Shown: in pieces, positions 19,052 through 28,763 of the stretch
Layout: each line of letters opens with the position of its first letter
Position numbering within the stretch: the stretch's first letter is position 1
DNA from: Promethearchaeota archaeon
Lineage (GTDB): Archaea > Asgardarchaeota > Thorarchaeia > Thorarchaeales > Thorarchaeaceae
Length of the DNA stretch: 64,000 nt
Assembly: GCA_014728035.1 (NCBI GenBank)
Contig: WJMJ01000071.1
Coordinates: 96,001-160,000, forward strand
Reading direction: 5' to 3'
Position numbers and translations under genes: made by a program
Notes under the pieces: generated by a model
Told to the model about the DNA's origin: nothing
Seen by the model: only the letters and a program-made list of their open reading frames with translations
Databases searched by the model: none

Positions 19052-19516
19052 CTATTGCTCTACTTGAACCACTTTCCCATCGGTAGAAAGATTGCCTTGT
19101 AGTCCTGGAAGCATTTTTGAAATATCTGAAACCGTATCTGAATTTCCTATGTGTTTGTAGAGGTGCGCATAACATCCACTTTTACAGTCAGAAGAACCGA
19201 ATCCCTTTATTGCTCTCTCAAATTTATTAGATTTATCCATTTCTTGAGCTAGTTCACACTCCCTCCTGTTAGATGATTCTGCATACCATGCTTTGACTGA
19301 TTTGGCCATCGCAACAAGATAGTCTATATGCCAGTGTATTGTTTTACTCTCAGAAAAATGTCGTTTGAGTCTATTTTCCAGACTGGTAGAACCCTGCCCC
19401 ATGGCAGAACCTGAATATACATAGATTCCTGGTGTAAAACAGACTTTTCCAAGTCTTCCAATCGTTAATTCCAACTTTTTTTCTATTTTTATGATAATGG
19501 CATATACTCCCTTCAT
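19052..19516 (-). CDS. DUF123 / GIY-YIG (Uri superfamily) nuclease-like protein
   Basis: KGVYAIII, GIYVYSGSA, RLKRH, HWHIDYL, EC, GFGSSDC..C.AHL. Confidence 0.88.
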   Translation of the reverse strand: MKGVYAIIIKIEKKLELTIGRLGKVCFTPGIYVYSGSAMGQGSTSLENRLKRHFSESKTIHWHIDYLVAMAKSVKAWYAESSNRRECELAQEMDKSNKFERAIKGFGSSDCKSGCYAHLYKHIGNSDTVSDISKMLPGLQGNLSTDGKVVQVEQ

Positions 19517-19565
19517 ACTAGCGAACTCCTTTGAAAAATTCGCAAGTCCTAGTCCTCACATCTCA

Positions 19566-20585
19566 TCATGAACTTTCTCTTAATATTTTATTGATAAACG
19601 CCAGTGCTTGCCCAGTGGATAGAATCCCAGCTTGAAGTTCACGCAATACTCTAAAGATTGAAGCTTCAACCATTCCGAATCGTTTTTGGTGTGCACTTTT
19701 CACAACGTGACATCCGAAGCCCTTTGATCCAATGAAATCATATGGACTGCATATTTGTCTGGTGTCATGTTTGGTTAACGATAAAGCTGCTGGTAGATTA
19801 ATAATCAGAATTTCTTGGTCAATTATGATAGATTGTCTTCCTGTGGGCAACATTTCACCAGTTATCAACGTAGAAAGCCCATTTTCCTTCGCTGTTTCTC
19901 TTGCTTTTTTCATTATGATTTCATGGCAGTGATTACATGGATGCATCTGACCAGTTGCAGCTTTTTCTAATATAGTATCCATTAGATTTGACGAGTCCAC
20001 ATATTTCAACGGGATTCCCATCTCATCGCACCATTTTATTATCCATTCTTTGATATGGGGCGCTAAAAATCGAACACCTGGGTCTACTGTTATTGCAGTA
20101 GGCTTCAACCAAATTCGTTGGGCTAATATCAAACTTGCTCCACTATCTACTCCTCCTGAGAAAGATACACCGACATTCACAGAGGATTCTGGTACAAATA
20201 TTTCTTTATCGAAATTATTTAACTCGTTTTGTAAATATCTGAGCAATGTTTTCAATACTTGATATTGGTTCCCTTGAACAAGATGAAGCAGTTCCTCAAT
20301 TCGCTCTTTTGTTAGCTCTAGTCTATGGTTTCTGAGAAGTATTTCATCTTGTCCGTAAATTGAAATATGTCTGTCAAGTCGTTTTGCGAATTCAGCAACA
20401 ATTCTTCCTCGTGGCCCCACGAAGAGACTTTTTTCAGATCTATCCGATGTTACTATATGCAAGTTTCCTTCTATATCATCATGGACATCGATGATTTTTG
20501 GCGTAACTCCTCTTGTCAGATTCAACTCTTTTCTGACTTGTTTCAGCATTTCAAGGACTGCATTAGCATCCAATTCTTTCACCAT
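19566..20585 (-). CDS. KH-domain plus PP-loop ATPase (archaeal COG1365-like)
   Basis: DRSEKSLFVGPRGRIV (KH), SFSGGVDS (PP-loop), HPCNHCH, RVLRELQAG. Confidence 0.8.
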   Translation of the reverse strand: MVKELDANAVLEMLKQVRKELNLTRGVTPKIIDVHDDIEGNLHIVTSDRSEKSLFVGPRGRIVAEFAKRLDRHISIYGQDEILLRNHRLELTKERIEELLHLVQGNQYQVLKTLLRYLQNELNNFDKEIFVPESSVNVGVSFSGGVDSGASLILAQRIWLKPTAITVDPGVRFLAPHIKEWIIKWCDEMGIPLKYVDSSNLMDTILEKAATGQMHPCNHCHEIIMKKARETAKENGLSTLITGEMLPTGRQSIIIDQEILIINLPAALSLTKHDTRQICSPYDFIGSKGFGCHVVKSAHQKRFGMVEASIFRVLRELQAGILSTGQALAFINKILRESS

Positions 20586-20640
20586 TCATCTGTTTGTAGT
20601 GTAGGCGATATTGTCATAAGTATTGAGTTAAATCCATTAG

Positions 20641-21591
20641 ATGCATATGTCAATGTCAGAAATTCATCCGGGGTTAGTTAGAGTTCGTGGAAAGTATGTA
20701 GAAGACTTTGGATATTTGACAAGTTACATTATTTATTCCAATGATGAAGCGGTTATCATTGATCCTGGAACTGCTGGAGACCCTGGAGATGAAATTATCG
20801 AAGCTCTCAAAAAGTTGGGATTGAACCCGAAAAGCGATGTTATTGCAATTCTTTGTACACATGGACATCCTGACCATGTTGGTGGGGTAGGGGTGCTTCA
20901 AAGGAAAACGAGTGCATCTATTATGATTCATGAGGGAGATGCAATGCTTCTTCGTGAACCAAGCCTGTTTGTTAAGGAACGTCTACGTCTTGATTTTGCA
21001 GGGCGGTTTTCGATGAAATTGGAAAAGGGTCCTTTAAGGGTAAATTACAAATCTATAGAACCCGATCATATTCTTCGTGATGATGAAGTGATATCGGTAG
21101 GAGATACAAGGCTCAGAGTAATCCATACAGGAGGTCACTCTGCTGGACATTGTGTGTTCTACGAACCACAAAACAAGGTATTATTTTCTGGAGATTGTGT
21201 GAACAATTTTCCCAATGATCCTAGGAAATTCTATCTTGATTTGAGTGGTGATATCGCAGATCGTGCTAGAGCTTTGGATATGATATCTCAGATGGATGTT
21301 GAATACCTTCTACCTGCTCATGACATCCCTCATTTATTTGGTGATATTTCTTTACAAGTTAGAGAAGCCAGAATTGGTATTAACCACTTTCAAGATACTG
21401 TTCTGAGATTACTCAAAGCGAGGGGTGACTCAGATATTCAACAGTTAGTTTACGACATTGAAGTTTCAAAAAGCATTCCTATCCCAGAAGCTCTTGATGC
21501 ACTATTACCTACTACACTTGAGGTAACTCTATCCAGTTTGGAAAAAGCAGGACTCGTAAGGCAGAAAGATGGTATATGGTATTCCATTTAG
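20641..21591 (+). CDS. MBL-fold metallo-hydrolase
   Basis: IIDPG, THGHPDHVGG, TGGHSAGH, LFSGD, PAH. Confidence 0.9.
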   Translation: MHMSMSEIHPGLVRVRGKYVEDFGYLTSYIIYSNDEAVIIDPGTAGDPGDEIIEALKKLGLNPKSDVIAILCTHGHPDHVGGVGVLQRKTSASIMIHEGDAMLLREPSLFVKERLRLDFAGRFSMKLEKGPLRVNYKSIEPDHILRDDEVISVGDTRLRVIHTGGHSAGHCVFYEPQNKVLFSGDCVNNFPNDPRKFYLDLSGDIADRARALDMISQMDVEYLLPAHDIPHLFGDISLQVREARIGINHFQDTVLRLLKARGDSDIQQLVYDIEVSKSIPIPEALDALLPTTLEVTLSSLEKAGLVRQKDGIWYSI

Positions 21592-21719
21592 TGGAAAACT
21601 CGCGTTCGACCCAGCTAAGTTCAAAAGACAGGCTTCCAATATGTTTCTGGGACCAATTGATGTGGAATTGGAAATTCCCAAATTAAATAACTAATATTCC
21701 TCAAATTGGAGGTTTGAAT

Positions 21720-24473
21720 ATGGCACGAGCTGAAAAAAGTAAAATTCAGACTCCAAGTACAGTTGAAGCAATTCGAATGGCATCAGCTTCAGTACTGGGT
21801 TCTACAACAAGTCAAGGATTTCCTCTGGGCAGCGCTATTGGATCAGGCAGTATGATGCAGCAAAATTCCGATAGTGTCGCATTGAATATCACTCCGCTAA
21901 TCTTTCTAATTCGTGATGGTGTTCTAAATTCAGAAGGATTAGAATTACTATCAGTCGAGTGGGATTTAGACCATGTGCCAGGGCCTGATGTTCTACCAGA
22001 ACAGCTTATAATTTCTGGAGGGCAATCTGAAGGGGTTGGGTCACATGTCTGTGTGCTTAGTTGGGAGAAAGGTGTAGTTGACCCATTCAAAATTGATGAC
22101 CATATGAAAAGGCTAGCTAAGAAGATTTCAGATATTGAACAAGCAATAGTTGAAAATGATGTGAGTTATGATACAGATGGTCTAACCGTGTTACGTCGAT
22201 TCAATGACAGACTAAATAATGTCATTTATGTTCAAATGATGGACAGGCAATTTCAAGGCTCGTGGGACTCGTTAATTCTGAAACCTGAACATGTTGATAA
22301 TGAGGCCATAATCAAACTAAGCTATATTGACGATTTTACAATGCTTCCCCCTGGTCCTAAAATTGTGAAGCGTCTGTCTCATGAACTTCTACTCCCTACT
22401 GGTTCTGAAGAAGAGATTATTGAACACTTTAGACACCGAATCCTTACTCCTACTGCAATTCACACTTTAGCACAGAAAGTTCCAGAAATTGGAAGAGCAA
22501 TCTTGAGTGAAGTCAACACTTATGCTTATAGTGCTGAGGAAGTTGATATCGCACGAGTAGCAATCGAATCCCTTAGTGATTTCATAGGCACTAGTGTAGT
22601 CACAGTTGATGCCCTCCAGGATTTACGAACAAAGGCATCAGATTTTGTGAACCATCTAGTGAATGCAGTCGATGTTTTTTCAGAACTAGTAGAAGCTCAT
22701 ATCACCTCAGGAAAACAGCTTACTTTAGATGAACACAAAGAGACTTTATTGGAAGACATTCGTCTTAGTGGACATCGCCTTGAGGGCATTGAGAAGAATT
22801 TGGCAAATGGTTTGGCTGAGGAAATTGTCGAGTCTGCAAAACGTGAGATGCCAATCATTGGTAAGATTCGAGCTTGGCAATTAAAGAGTATCTTCCGATA
22901 CTTCTTGGCATATTGTAAAAGAATATCTCAGTACTTTGCAGAAGAATTATCTCAATATATTGTTGTAACTGCAGCTCGAAAGGTATTCTTGGCTGCAATG
23001 CAAGAGTTCCGTTCTGAAAACACTGATGAAAAAACCGATGAAATGAGTGCTATGCTCTTTGAGAAATTCTACGGTGAACTTTTCCTTCAGCTAAATGCAG
23101 TGTTTGATAGGAAGGCATTCGAAGGATCCCGCGAGAGTGATTTTGCTGTCTTAATGCAGATTATTGCGAAAGATATGTCGGAAGCATTCAAGGATATTGA
23201 TATCTGGTCATTGATAAAATTCTCAGATATTGCAAAAATAACTCGTGCGGAAATAGTTCTAACCCATGCAGAAAACCCTGAATCTGAGGAAATTGTTCTT
23301 TCGGATTGGGGCCAAAAACTTGAAGCCCTCTTGACAAAGTTTGAAACACTGGTAGCTGACGTCATACCGGATATTGCAGATACCCTTCTTTCTAAACCTC
23401 TGATTCGAAGAATCATCTTGAAGATAAGAAATGAAGATGCGACTCTTGTACAAGAGTTAATGGCGATACTTGATGATCAAAAGGAGAAACCTGAGGAATG
23501 GATCGAAGAAGCATGGATGTGGATTGAAACGCTCAACTCTCAATTCGATGATGAAACTCCGCTTTCCAAACAACTGATGGATTTCCAGCGATTTGTACAT
23601 AATAAAGTTGGTGAAGGTGTTACTGCAAGAGCAATAGCTGGTAAGGTTGAACATGAGGCGAATGTTCGGGAACAGGCATATCAGGCTGAAGTTGATGCTT
23701 GGCAAGCAGAATGTGATCGAATTGAGGAGATTAACAAACCGATTCGAGAACACAATGCTAGAAGAGCAGAGCTTCTCTCAGATACACGTGCAAGATACAG
23801 TGCTGAAAAGAAAACCTACCAGGAACAACTGGAAAAGTATGAAAAAGACAAGTCTGCCTATGATAAAGCATATGAAGAGTACAGATGGAAACTTGCTCAA
23901 CATCAAGACGTAAAACGAAAATATGAAGAATTACTTGAATTATCCAAGACGGACCCTACTACTGAAGTTCCACCACCACCACCACCACCACCAAAAGAAC
24001 CTACTGAACTACCAAGAAAACCCGTGGAACCCCCTCCATTAGAACCTCGTCTCAGAGCAATAGAGGAGGATTATCCTTTGAAACAGGAACAACCACTACC
24101 TGAAAAACCTGAACCCTCTGAAGAAATGTTGCTCTATGTAGATCTTAGAGATTTACTAAACGAAAAACTTCTCAAAATGGACTCGCATCAAGATAAAATG
24201 GAATCACTTTTTGCTGAACGGTTGGATAAATTGGCAGCTGAGGGTACCAGCGCTACAAAGGGAATCAATATCAGCATTGGCGAGGAATTTTTGGAATTCA
24301 TGATGAACTCTGTAATGCGTGGTTTGGGACGTCTGTTACCAAGGCCCACAAGAGCATATTTGCGCGACCCCAAAGTTCCTGGATTGATCTACTTGGTGAC
24401 TTATGAGATTGAAGACTGTGAATTGACTGTGACGATTGGAAATAACTATCTGAAGATGGATGGAGGCAACTAA
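21720..24473 (+). CDS. Large helical hypothetical protein with Tyr-heptad coiled coil and polyproline segment
   Basis: About 917 aa; GGAGG SD at about 21708; (CCA)8 encodes P8 at 23970-23993. Confidence 0.85.
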   Translation: MARAEKSKIQTPSTVEAIRMASASVLGSTTSQGFPLGSAIGSGSMMQQNSDSVALNITPLIFLIRDGVLNSEGLELLSVEWDLDHVPGPDVLPEQLIISGGQSEGVGSHVCVLSWEKGVVDPFKIDDHMKRLAKKISDIEQAIVENDVSYDTDGLTVLRRFNDRLNNVIYVQMMDRQFQGSWDSLILKPEHVDNEAIIKLSYIDDFTMLPPGPKIVKRLSHELLLPTGSEEEIIEHFRHRILTPTAIHTLAQKVPEIGRAILSEVNTYAYSAEEVDIARVAIESLSDFIGTSVVTVDALQDLRTKASDFVNHLVNAVDVFSELVEAHITSGKQLTLDEHKETLLEDIRLSGHRLEGIEKNLANGLAEEIVESAKREMPIIGKIRAWQLKSIFRYFLAYCKRISQYFAEELSQYIVVTAARKVFLAAMQEFRSENTDEKTDEMSAMLFEKFYGELFLQLNAVFDRKAFEGSRESDFAVLMQIIAKDMSEAFKDIDIWSLIKFSDIAKITRAEIVLTHAENPESEEIVLSDWGQKLEALLTKFETLVADVIPDIADTLLSKPLIRRIILKIRNEDATLVQELMAILDDQKEKPEEWIEEAWMWIETLNSQFDDETPLSKQLMDFQRFVHNKVGEGVTARAIAGKVEHEANVREQAYQAEVDAWQAECDRIEEINKPIREHNARRAELLSDTRARYSAEKKTYQEQLEKYEKDKSAYDKAYEEYRWKLAQHQDVKRKYEELLELSKTDPTTEVPPPPPPPPKEPTELPRKPVEPPPLEPRLRAIEEDYPLKQEQPLPEKPEPSEEMLLYVDLRDLLNEKLLKMDSHQDKMESLFAERLDKLAAEGTSATKGINISIGEEFLEFMMNSVMRGLGRLLPRPTRAYLRDPKVPGLIYLVTYEIEDCELTVTIGNNYLKMDGGN
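23970..23993 (+). repeat. (CCA)8 trinucleotide repeat encoding polyproline
   Basis: ccaccaccaccaccaccaccacca read directly from the sequence. Confidence 0.95.
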
Positions 24474-26940
24474 AGTGTCTAGTAACTGGTTGGTTAAAAC
24501 ACGTCAGATGAGCGAAGCTGGAAAAGAGATATTCTTAGGTGAAGCTCTGGTAACTCACATGAGGAGTTCTCGAGACCGTCAATTGTTCAGACGGCGTATT
24601 GATGGGGAAGTTCCATTGGAGGATTTGATTCGTGAGTTTGCAGCTTTTTACCTTCACACATATCAAGGGACAATAGTAATTAGCTATGAAGATACTGGGA
24701 GCGTTCCTGCAGAAGAAAAAGAAAAGGTAGCAAAAGATGAGCAGAGTCTCTTACGAGAAGAAATCAAGCTAATCCTTGATCGCCGGTTTAATGAAGGGCT
24801 TTTCACATTAAAAACCATCAGTGAATTTGTTGTGCGTTTTTGTAATGAATGTACAACTGCTGCGACAGACGAAACTGTTAGAACACAAGCTTCTGAGCTC
24901 ATCAAGGAATATCTCACAAAAATTCCAAGTGAATTTTCTCCCAATTGTAGGATAGATTTTCTAAATGAGATCACTGGTTGGGCTAATGAGTGGAGAGAAG
25001 AACTCTATATTAAAGCATCAGGATTGAAGGAGAGTTCGTTATCACTTATTGATGAACTGACTCGTCCACACGACCAAGAGATTGTTGAAATTTCAGTCCT
25101 GAAACGAGGTATCAATCAAGTGATTGGAGAAACTGTATATCTTAGAAGTCAGATAACTCCTACTTCACTAGACCCGGAAATTTGGGAGAAGATTGTCGAT
25201 ACGGTTATCAAAAACCTTTGCAAAGGCAGTATTGAAACTATTGTAGCAAAGACTGTTCATGCTTTAAAACGAGAAATCTTAGAATTCATTGAAGATAAAC
25301 TGAAAACGCCGTATACAATTGAGAAATTAGAAACTGAATTGGGTACTTTTGTTGCAGAGCGTTTTTCAGAAGTCATTATGGAAAACCAGCAAATTGCATT
25401 TGATATTCTTGATTTTTTCACCCAAACTCCTGCTGGAACCTCACAATCTACTTTGAGTAGAAACGGAGTGAGGTCTGCCGAATCTTTAGCTGAAGGCCTA
25501 TTAAAAGCATCAACGGATATTGGTGCTGAAACAGAAGTAAAACCTGAAGACCAACCAGATGCACCAGCTTTCACTAAAGAAGAATTGGAACGGTTAGAAC
25601 GCTCGATAAAACGAATTGATAAACTGGAACGGACTCTTGAGAAACCTGTTAAGGGAATGTTAAAAGCCAGAGGTTTACGAGCATCAGAGTTAGATAAAAT
25701 TGATATCACCCTCTTGACAAAAGACCCTACAAGCTTACTTGGAATGGAAATTCAAGTACTAGAGGCACTCAAAAAGAAGATGCGTGTTCCTTCACCAGAT
25801 GAGGTCAAGAAATTATTAGAAGCACGCGAGCTTGTGAAGAGTGGTGCATTGAAATCTATGGGTGTTAGTTCTGCTTCTGATATGAGTCAGCAAAGAATTG
25901 CTGGTGAAACAATGATTGCATTACGAAACGACCTTGCATGGTATTCATTTATACCAACTTTGCATCCTGTTGTTCGTGTTGTTGAAACCTATCATCGTTC
26001 CAAACAAGACCTTCTAAGAACGAAAGCACTTCTGAAAAGTATCTATGAGGATGCGGATACTCATCTACAGAACCTTCGAGAAGAAATTCTCATTGATCTT
26101 ATGCAAGAGAGAATCTATGAAATGAAGACAGTTCATCCCCATCTTCAAACAGCATCAATATCCGCTTGGTTCCATGCTCGATTGTCTAATCGTGATATAG
26201 ATCATGCAGATAATCTATTACGCACTACACCAAGCCCCCTATTTACTGGAGTCTTAGAAAAACCATTGAATGTAGATAAACTTGAATTCAATAATTACAC
26301 TATTGCATTTGATGTTATGCAACGTTTCTTGAAGCGAGAACGAGTGAAGAAGATGGAGAAAGAAGAGGCTGCAGTACAGGCAAAAATAGAAGAAGAACTA
26401 ATAGCAGAACGAAAACGTGCATCGCTCAGCCCTCTTATCTGGATTTACACAAAAAGCCATACAGTATTTCGAGCAATTGGACGAGTTGGTACAAAAGGTC
26501 TTGAATGGACCGCGACGGATGATGCAAAGTGTGCGAATCTCCTTGCATACTATGTCAAAATGCATAGAGATAGACCATTTTGTCGTGTCTGTGGGAGCAC
26601 TCCAAAAGAGGGTGATTGTGAAACTCATGGGAAAGGGCACATGGTTAATGCAGATGATATTGATAATCTGTCTGTTTTTGTCCAGCGTGCAATCTCAGAC
26701 ATCAAGGATGGTCTCATTGGTCCAACTGCAACACCTATGACTCTTGAAGAAGCAAGAAGAATAGTAAGACGAGAAATAAACGGATTACGTAGAAAAGGGA
26801 AACTCTCTTCAAAGACAAATATTTCTAGTATGATGCCAGGAGATATCAATTATATTGTCGGTCCAGTTATTGCAAAGCTAATTGGAAAATACTTCAATGA
26901 ATCACTCGTATATGCAGCACGCAGAGTAGATTTTGCATAA
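24460..26940 (+). CDS. Large helical hypothetical protein with CxxC...CxxH zinc-finger-like motif
   Basis: 826 aa, overlapping the previous gene by 14 nt; FCRVCGSTPKEGDCETHG. Confidence 0.85.
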   Translation: MEATKVSSNWLVKTRQMSEAGKEIFLGEALVTHMRSSRDRQLFRRRIDGEVPLEDLIREFAAFYLHTYQGTIVISYEDTGSVPAEEKEKVAKDEQSLLREEIKLILDRRFNEGLFTLKTISEFVVRFCNECTTAATDETVRTQASELIKEYLTKIPSEFSPNCRIDFLNEITGWANEWREELYIKASGLKESSLSLIDELTRPHDQEIVEISVLKRGINQVIGETVYLRSQITPTSLDPEIWEKIVDTVIKNLCKGSIETIVAKTVHALKREILEFIEDKLKTPYTIEKLETELGTFVAERFSEVIMENQQIAFDILDFFTQTPAGTSQSTLSRNGVRSAESLAEGLLKASTDIGAETEVKPEDQPDAPAFTKEELERLERSIKRIDKLERTLEKPVKGMLKARGLRASELDKIDITLLTKDPTSLLGMEIQVLEALKKKMRVPSPDEVKKLLEARELVKSGALKSMGVSSASDMSQQRIAGETMIALRNDLAWYSFIPTLHPVVRVVETYHRSKQDLLRTKALLKSIYEDADTHLQNLREEILIDLMQERIYEMKTVHPHLQTASISAWFHARLSNRDIDHADNLLRTTPSPLFTGVLEKPLNVDKLEFNNYTIAFDVMQRFLKRERVKKMEKEEAAVQAKIEEELIAERKRASLSPLIWIYTKSHTVFRAIGRVGTKGLEWTATDDAKCANLLAYYVKMHRDRPFCRVCGSTPKEGDCETHGKGHMVNADDIDNLSVFVQRAISDIKDGLIGPTATPMTLEEARRIVRREINGLRRKGKLSSKTNISSMMPGDINYIVGPVIAKLIGKYFNESLVYAARRVDFA

Positions 26941-26961
26941 TCACAGTGAAGATGGTTCATT

Positions 26962-27288
26962 CTAATCCGAATCATCTCTCACTGACTCTGATATCCAACT
27001 CAAATATGTATCAGAACCACCCAATATTGGTATGATAACAAACTCAGGAACATCATAAGAGTGATTAATTTTGATGACCTCCCATAATTTGTCAGTTAAT
27101 GCTTTTTCAGTTTTCATCAGTAACAATGATTCTTTTCCTTTTTCGATTTCACCTTTCCAATGGTAAATACTCTGAACTTTTGGAAGGATATTCACACATG
27201 CACATTTCTTTGATGCAACCAAAATCTGAGCTAATGTATCCGCTTCATTTTCGGGACAGGTTGTTAGTACAAGAACGTAATCTTTCAT
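26962..27288 (-). CDS. cutA: Divalent-cation tolerance protein CutA
   Basis: MKDYVLVLTTCP, ACVNILP, SIYHWKG, E.LLLMKT, HSYDVPE, YLSWI. True start ATG 27288; the track's extension is antisense to the next gene. Confidence 0.93.
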   Translation of the reverse strand: MKDYVLVLTTCPENEADTLAQILVASKKCACVNILPKVQSIYHWKGEIEKGKESLLLMKTEKALTDKLWEVIKINHSYDVPEFVIIPILGGSDTYLSWISESVRDDSD

Positions 27289-27357
27289 ACTGAAACTGTA
27301 TACTGGGCTGGATTTATATGTGAAATGTTTGCTCGAAAGTATTGCTGGCTGATTCCC

Positions 27358-28758
27358 ATGTCTAAGAAATTCATTCCAAATGGAGTGATGCCCGCATTGG
27401 TGACTCCATTCACCAAAGACGGCGACATCATGGAAGAAGGTTTCAGAGAAGTAATTGATTATACAATTGAAAATGGAGCTACTGGTGTTGTTCCGGCAGG
27501 TACAACTGGTGAATTTGTTTACATGCGTACTGAGGAACGAAAGAAAATACTCAAACTTACTGTTGAGTATGTTAACGAACGAGTTCCAATAGTTGCTGGG
27601 ACTGGTCAAAATAGCACCAAAGCTACCATTGAATTGACAAAATATGCTGCAGATATCGGTTGTGATGCAGCATTGGTTATTTCTCCCTTCTATTTGCGTC
27701 CCTCTGACAAAGGCTACTATGAACATTATGCGACCGTAGCTAGAAAGAGTGATCTTCCTATTATTCTCTACAATATTCCACAATGTACTCTAGGTGTGCT
27801 CAATAGCTCTCTAGTTGAGGATTTAGCTGAAATTGACAATATTGTTGGAATTAAGGATAGTAGTGGAAATATCCCACACACTTTAGATTTGATTGAGAAA
27901 GTTAAGGATAAGATACCTGTACTTATTGGACACGATGAGTGTTTTCTGTCAGCTACTGCTGCAGGAGCAAGTGCAGCCATTTTAGCCTCAGCTAATGTTA
28001 TTCCTCATATCTGGTTGGACGTTATGAAAAAAATACAGACTGGAAAATACGAAGAAGCAAAACAGCTTCAATACTCTGTTCAAACTCTTTCTAGAATTAT
28101 AACACGAAATGGAGGAGCTCCTCCTGCTAAAGCAGCTCTTCGAATAATGGGTATAAATGCAGGTCATGCAAGATTACCTTTGAATACTGGTGGCACATTA
28201 ACCCGCGAACTTCGAGAAGAAATAAGAATAGAGCTTGAAAAACTCGAGTTGATTAAGCCATTGCAACACCCTGAATTAGTCAAGGAAGTTGACATGAAGG
28301 AGCTTGTAATGGAATATGGTCTAAATGAAGAATTCCTCTCCGACTTGAAAATCGGGAATGGCAGAAGCAATATAGTTTCAGCAAGTGTAATTTCAGGACA
28401 AGCGAATGGACCTCTTGGTGAAGTTTTTGTAAAACTACTTACCACTCCTAAAATCGGCTATGAAGCCCTTTCAATAATACTCGAACCGAATCTTCGCGTA
28501 CGTCCTAGTAGCTTAATGCTACCAATGCGTCAAATACGTTCTATGAGACAAGCTTCACTCTTTTATGGCCCTGTTCAATCAGGTGCTGCAAAAGCTGTTT
28601 CAGAGAGTCTGAAAACTAGGATGATTCCAAAAGAGCAAGTAGAATCCAATGTAATGATTATGGCAATGGATGTAGACCTTAACTCAAGAGATCGTAGAGC
28701 AATAACAAGAGCTGCGGAAGAAGCCGTTTCAGCAGCACTAGAGGAGATTTGGAGGTAG
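27358..28758 (+). CDS. DapA/NAL-family class I aldolase fused to a degenerate formaldehyde-activating enzyme (Fae) domain
   Basis: PALVTPF, GTTGE, YNIPQ, GIKDSSG. C-terminus GPLGEVFVKLLTTPKIGYEALSIILEPNLRVRPSSLMLP...QASLFYGPVQSGAAKAV is Fae-like but lacks the GEAL..G.EVAH segment. Confidence 0.85.
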   Translation: MSKKFIPNGVMPALVTPFTKDGDIMEEGFREVIDYTIENGATGVVPAGTTGEFVYMRTEERKKILKLTVEYVNERVPIVAGTGQNSTKATIELTKYAADIGCDAALVISPFYLRPSDKGYYEHYATVARKSDLPIILYNIPQCTLGVLNSSLVEDLAEIDNIVGIKDSSGNIPHTLDLIEKVKDKIPVLIGHDECFLSATAAGASAAILASANVIPHIWLDVMKKIQTGKYEEAKQLQYSVQTLSRIITRNGGAPPAKAALRIMGINAGHARLPLNTGGTLTRELREEIRIELEKLELIKPLQHPELVKEVDMKELVMEYGLNEEFLSDLKIGNGRSNIVSASVISGQANGPLGEVFVKLLTTPKIGYEALSIILEPNLRVRPSSLMLPMRQIRSMRQASLFYGPVQSGAAKAVSESLKTRMIPKEQVESNVMIMAMDVDLNSRDRRAITRAAEEAVSAALEEIWR

Positions 28759-28763
28759 ATATA

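Noticed and set aside
19052-19516. GIY-YIG protein as a homing endonuclease or mobile element
   Set aside because: Matches the housekeeping archaeal DUF123 pattern; no intron, intein or flanking repeats seen.
23970-23993. (CCA)8 as a phase-variation switch
   Set aside because: Trinucleotide unit changes keep the frame and would only alter polyproline length.
27289-27783. N-terminal extension of the cutA ORF (273 aa in the track)
   Set aside because: It is the antisense shadow of the aldolase gene; CutA homology starts at ATG 27288.
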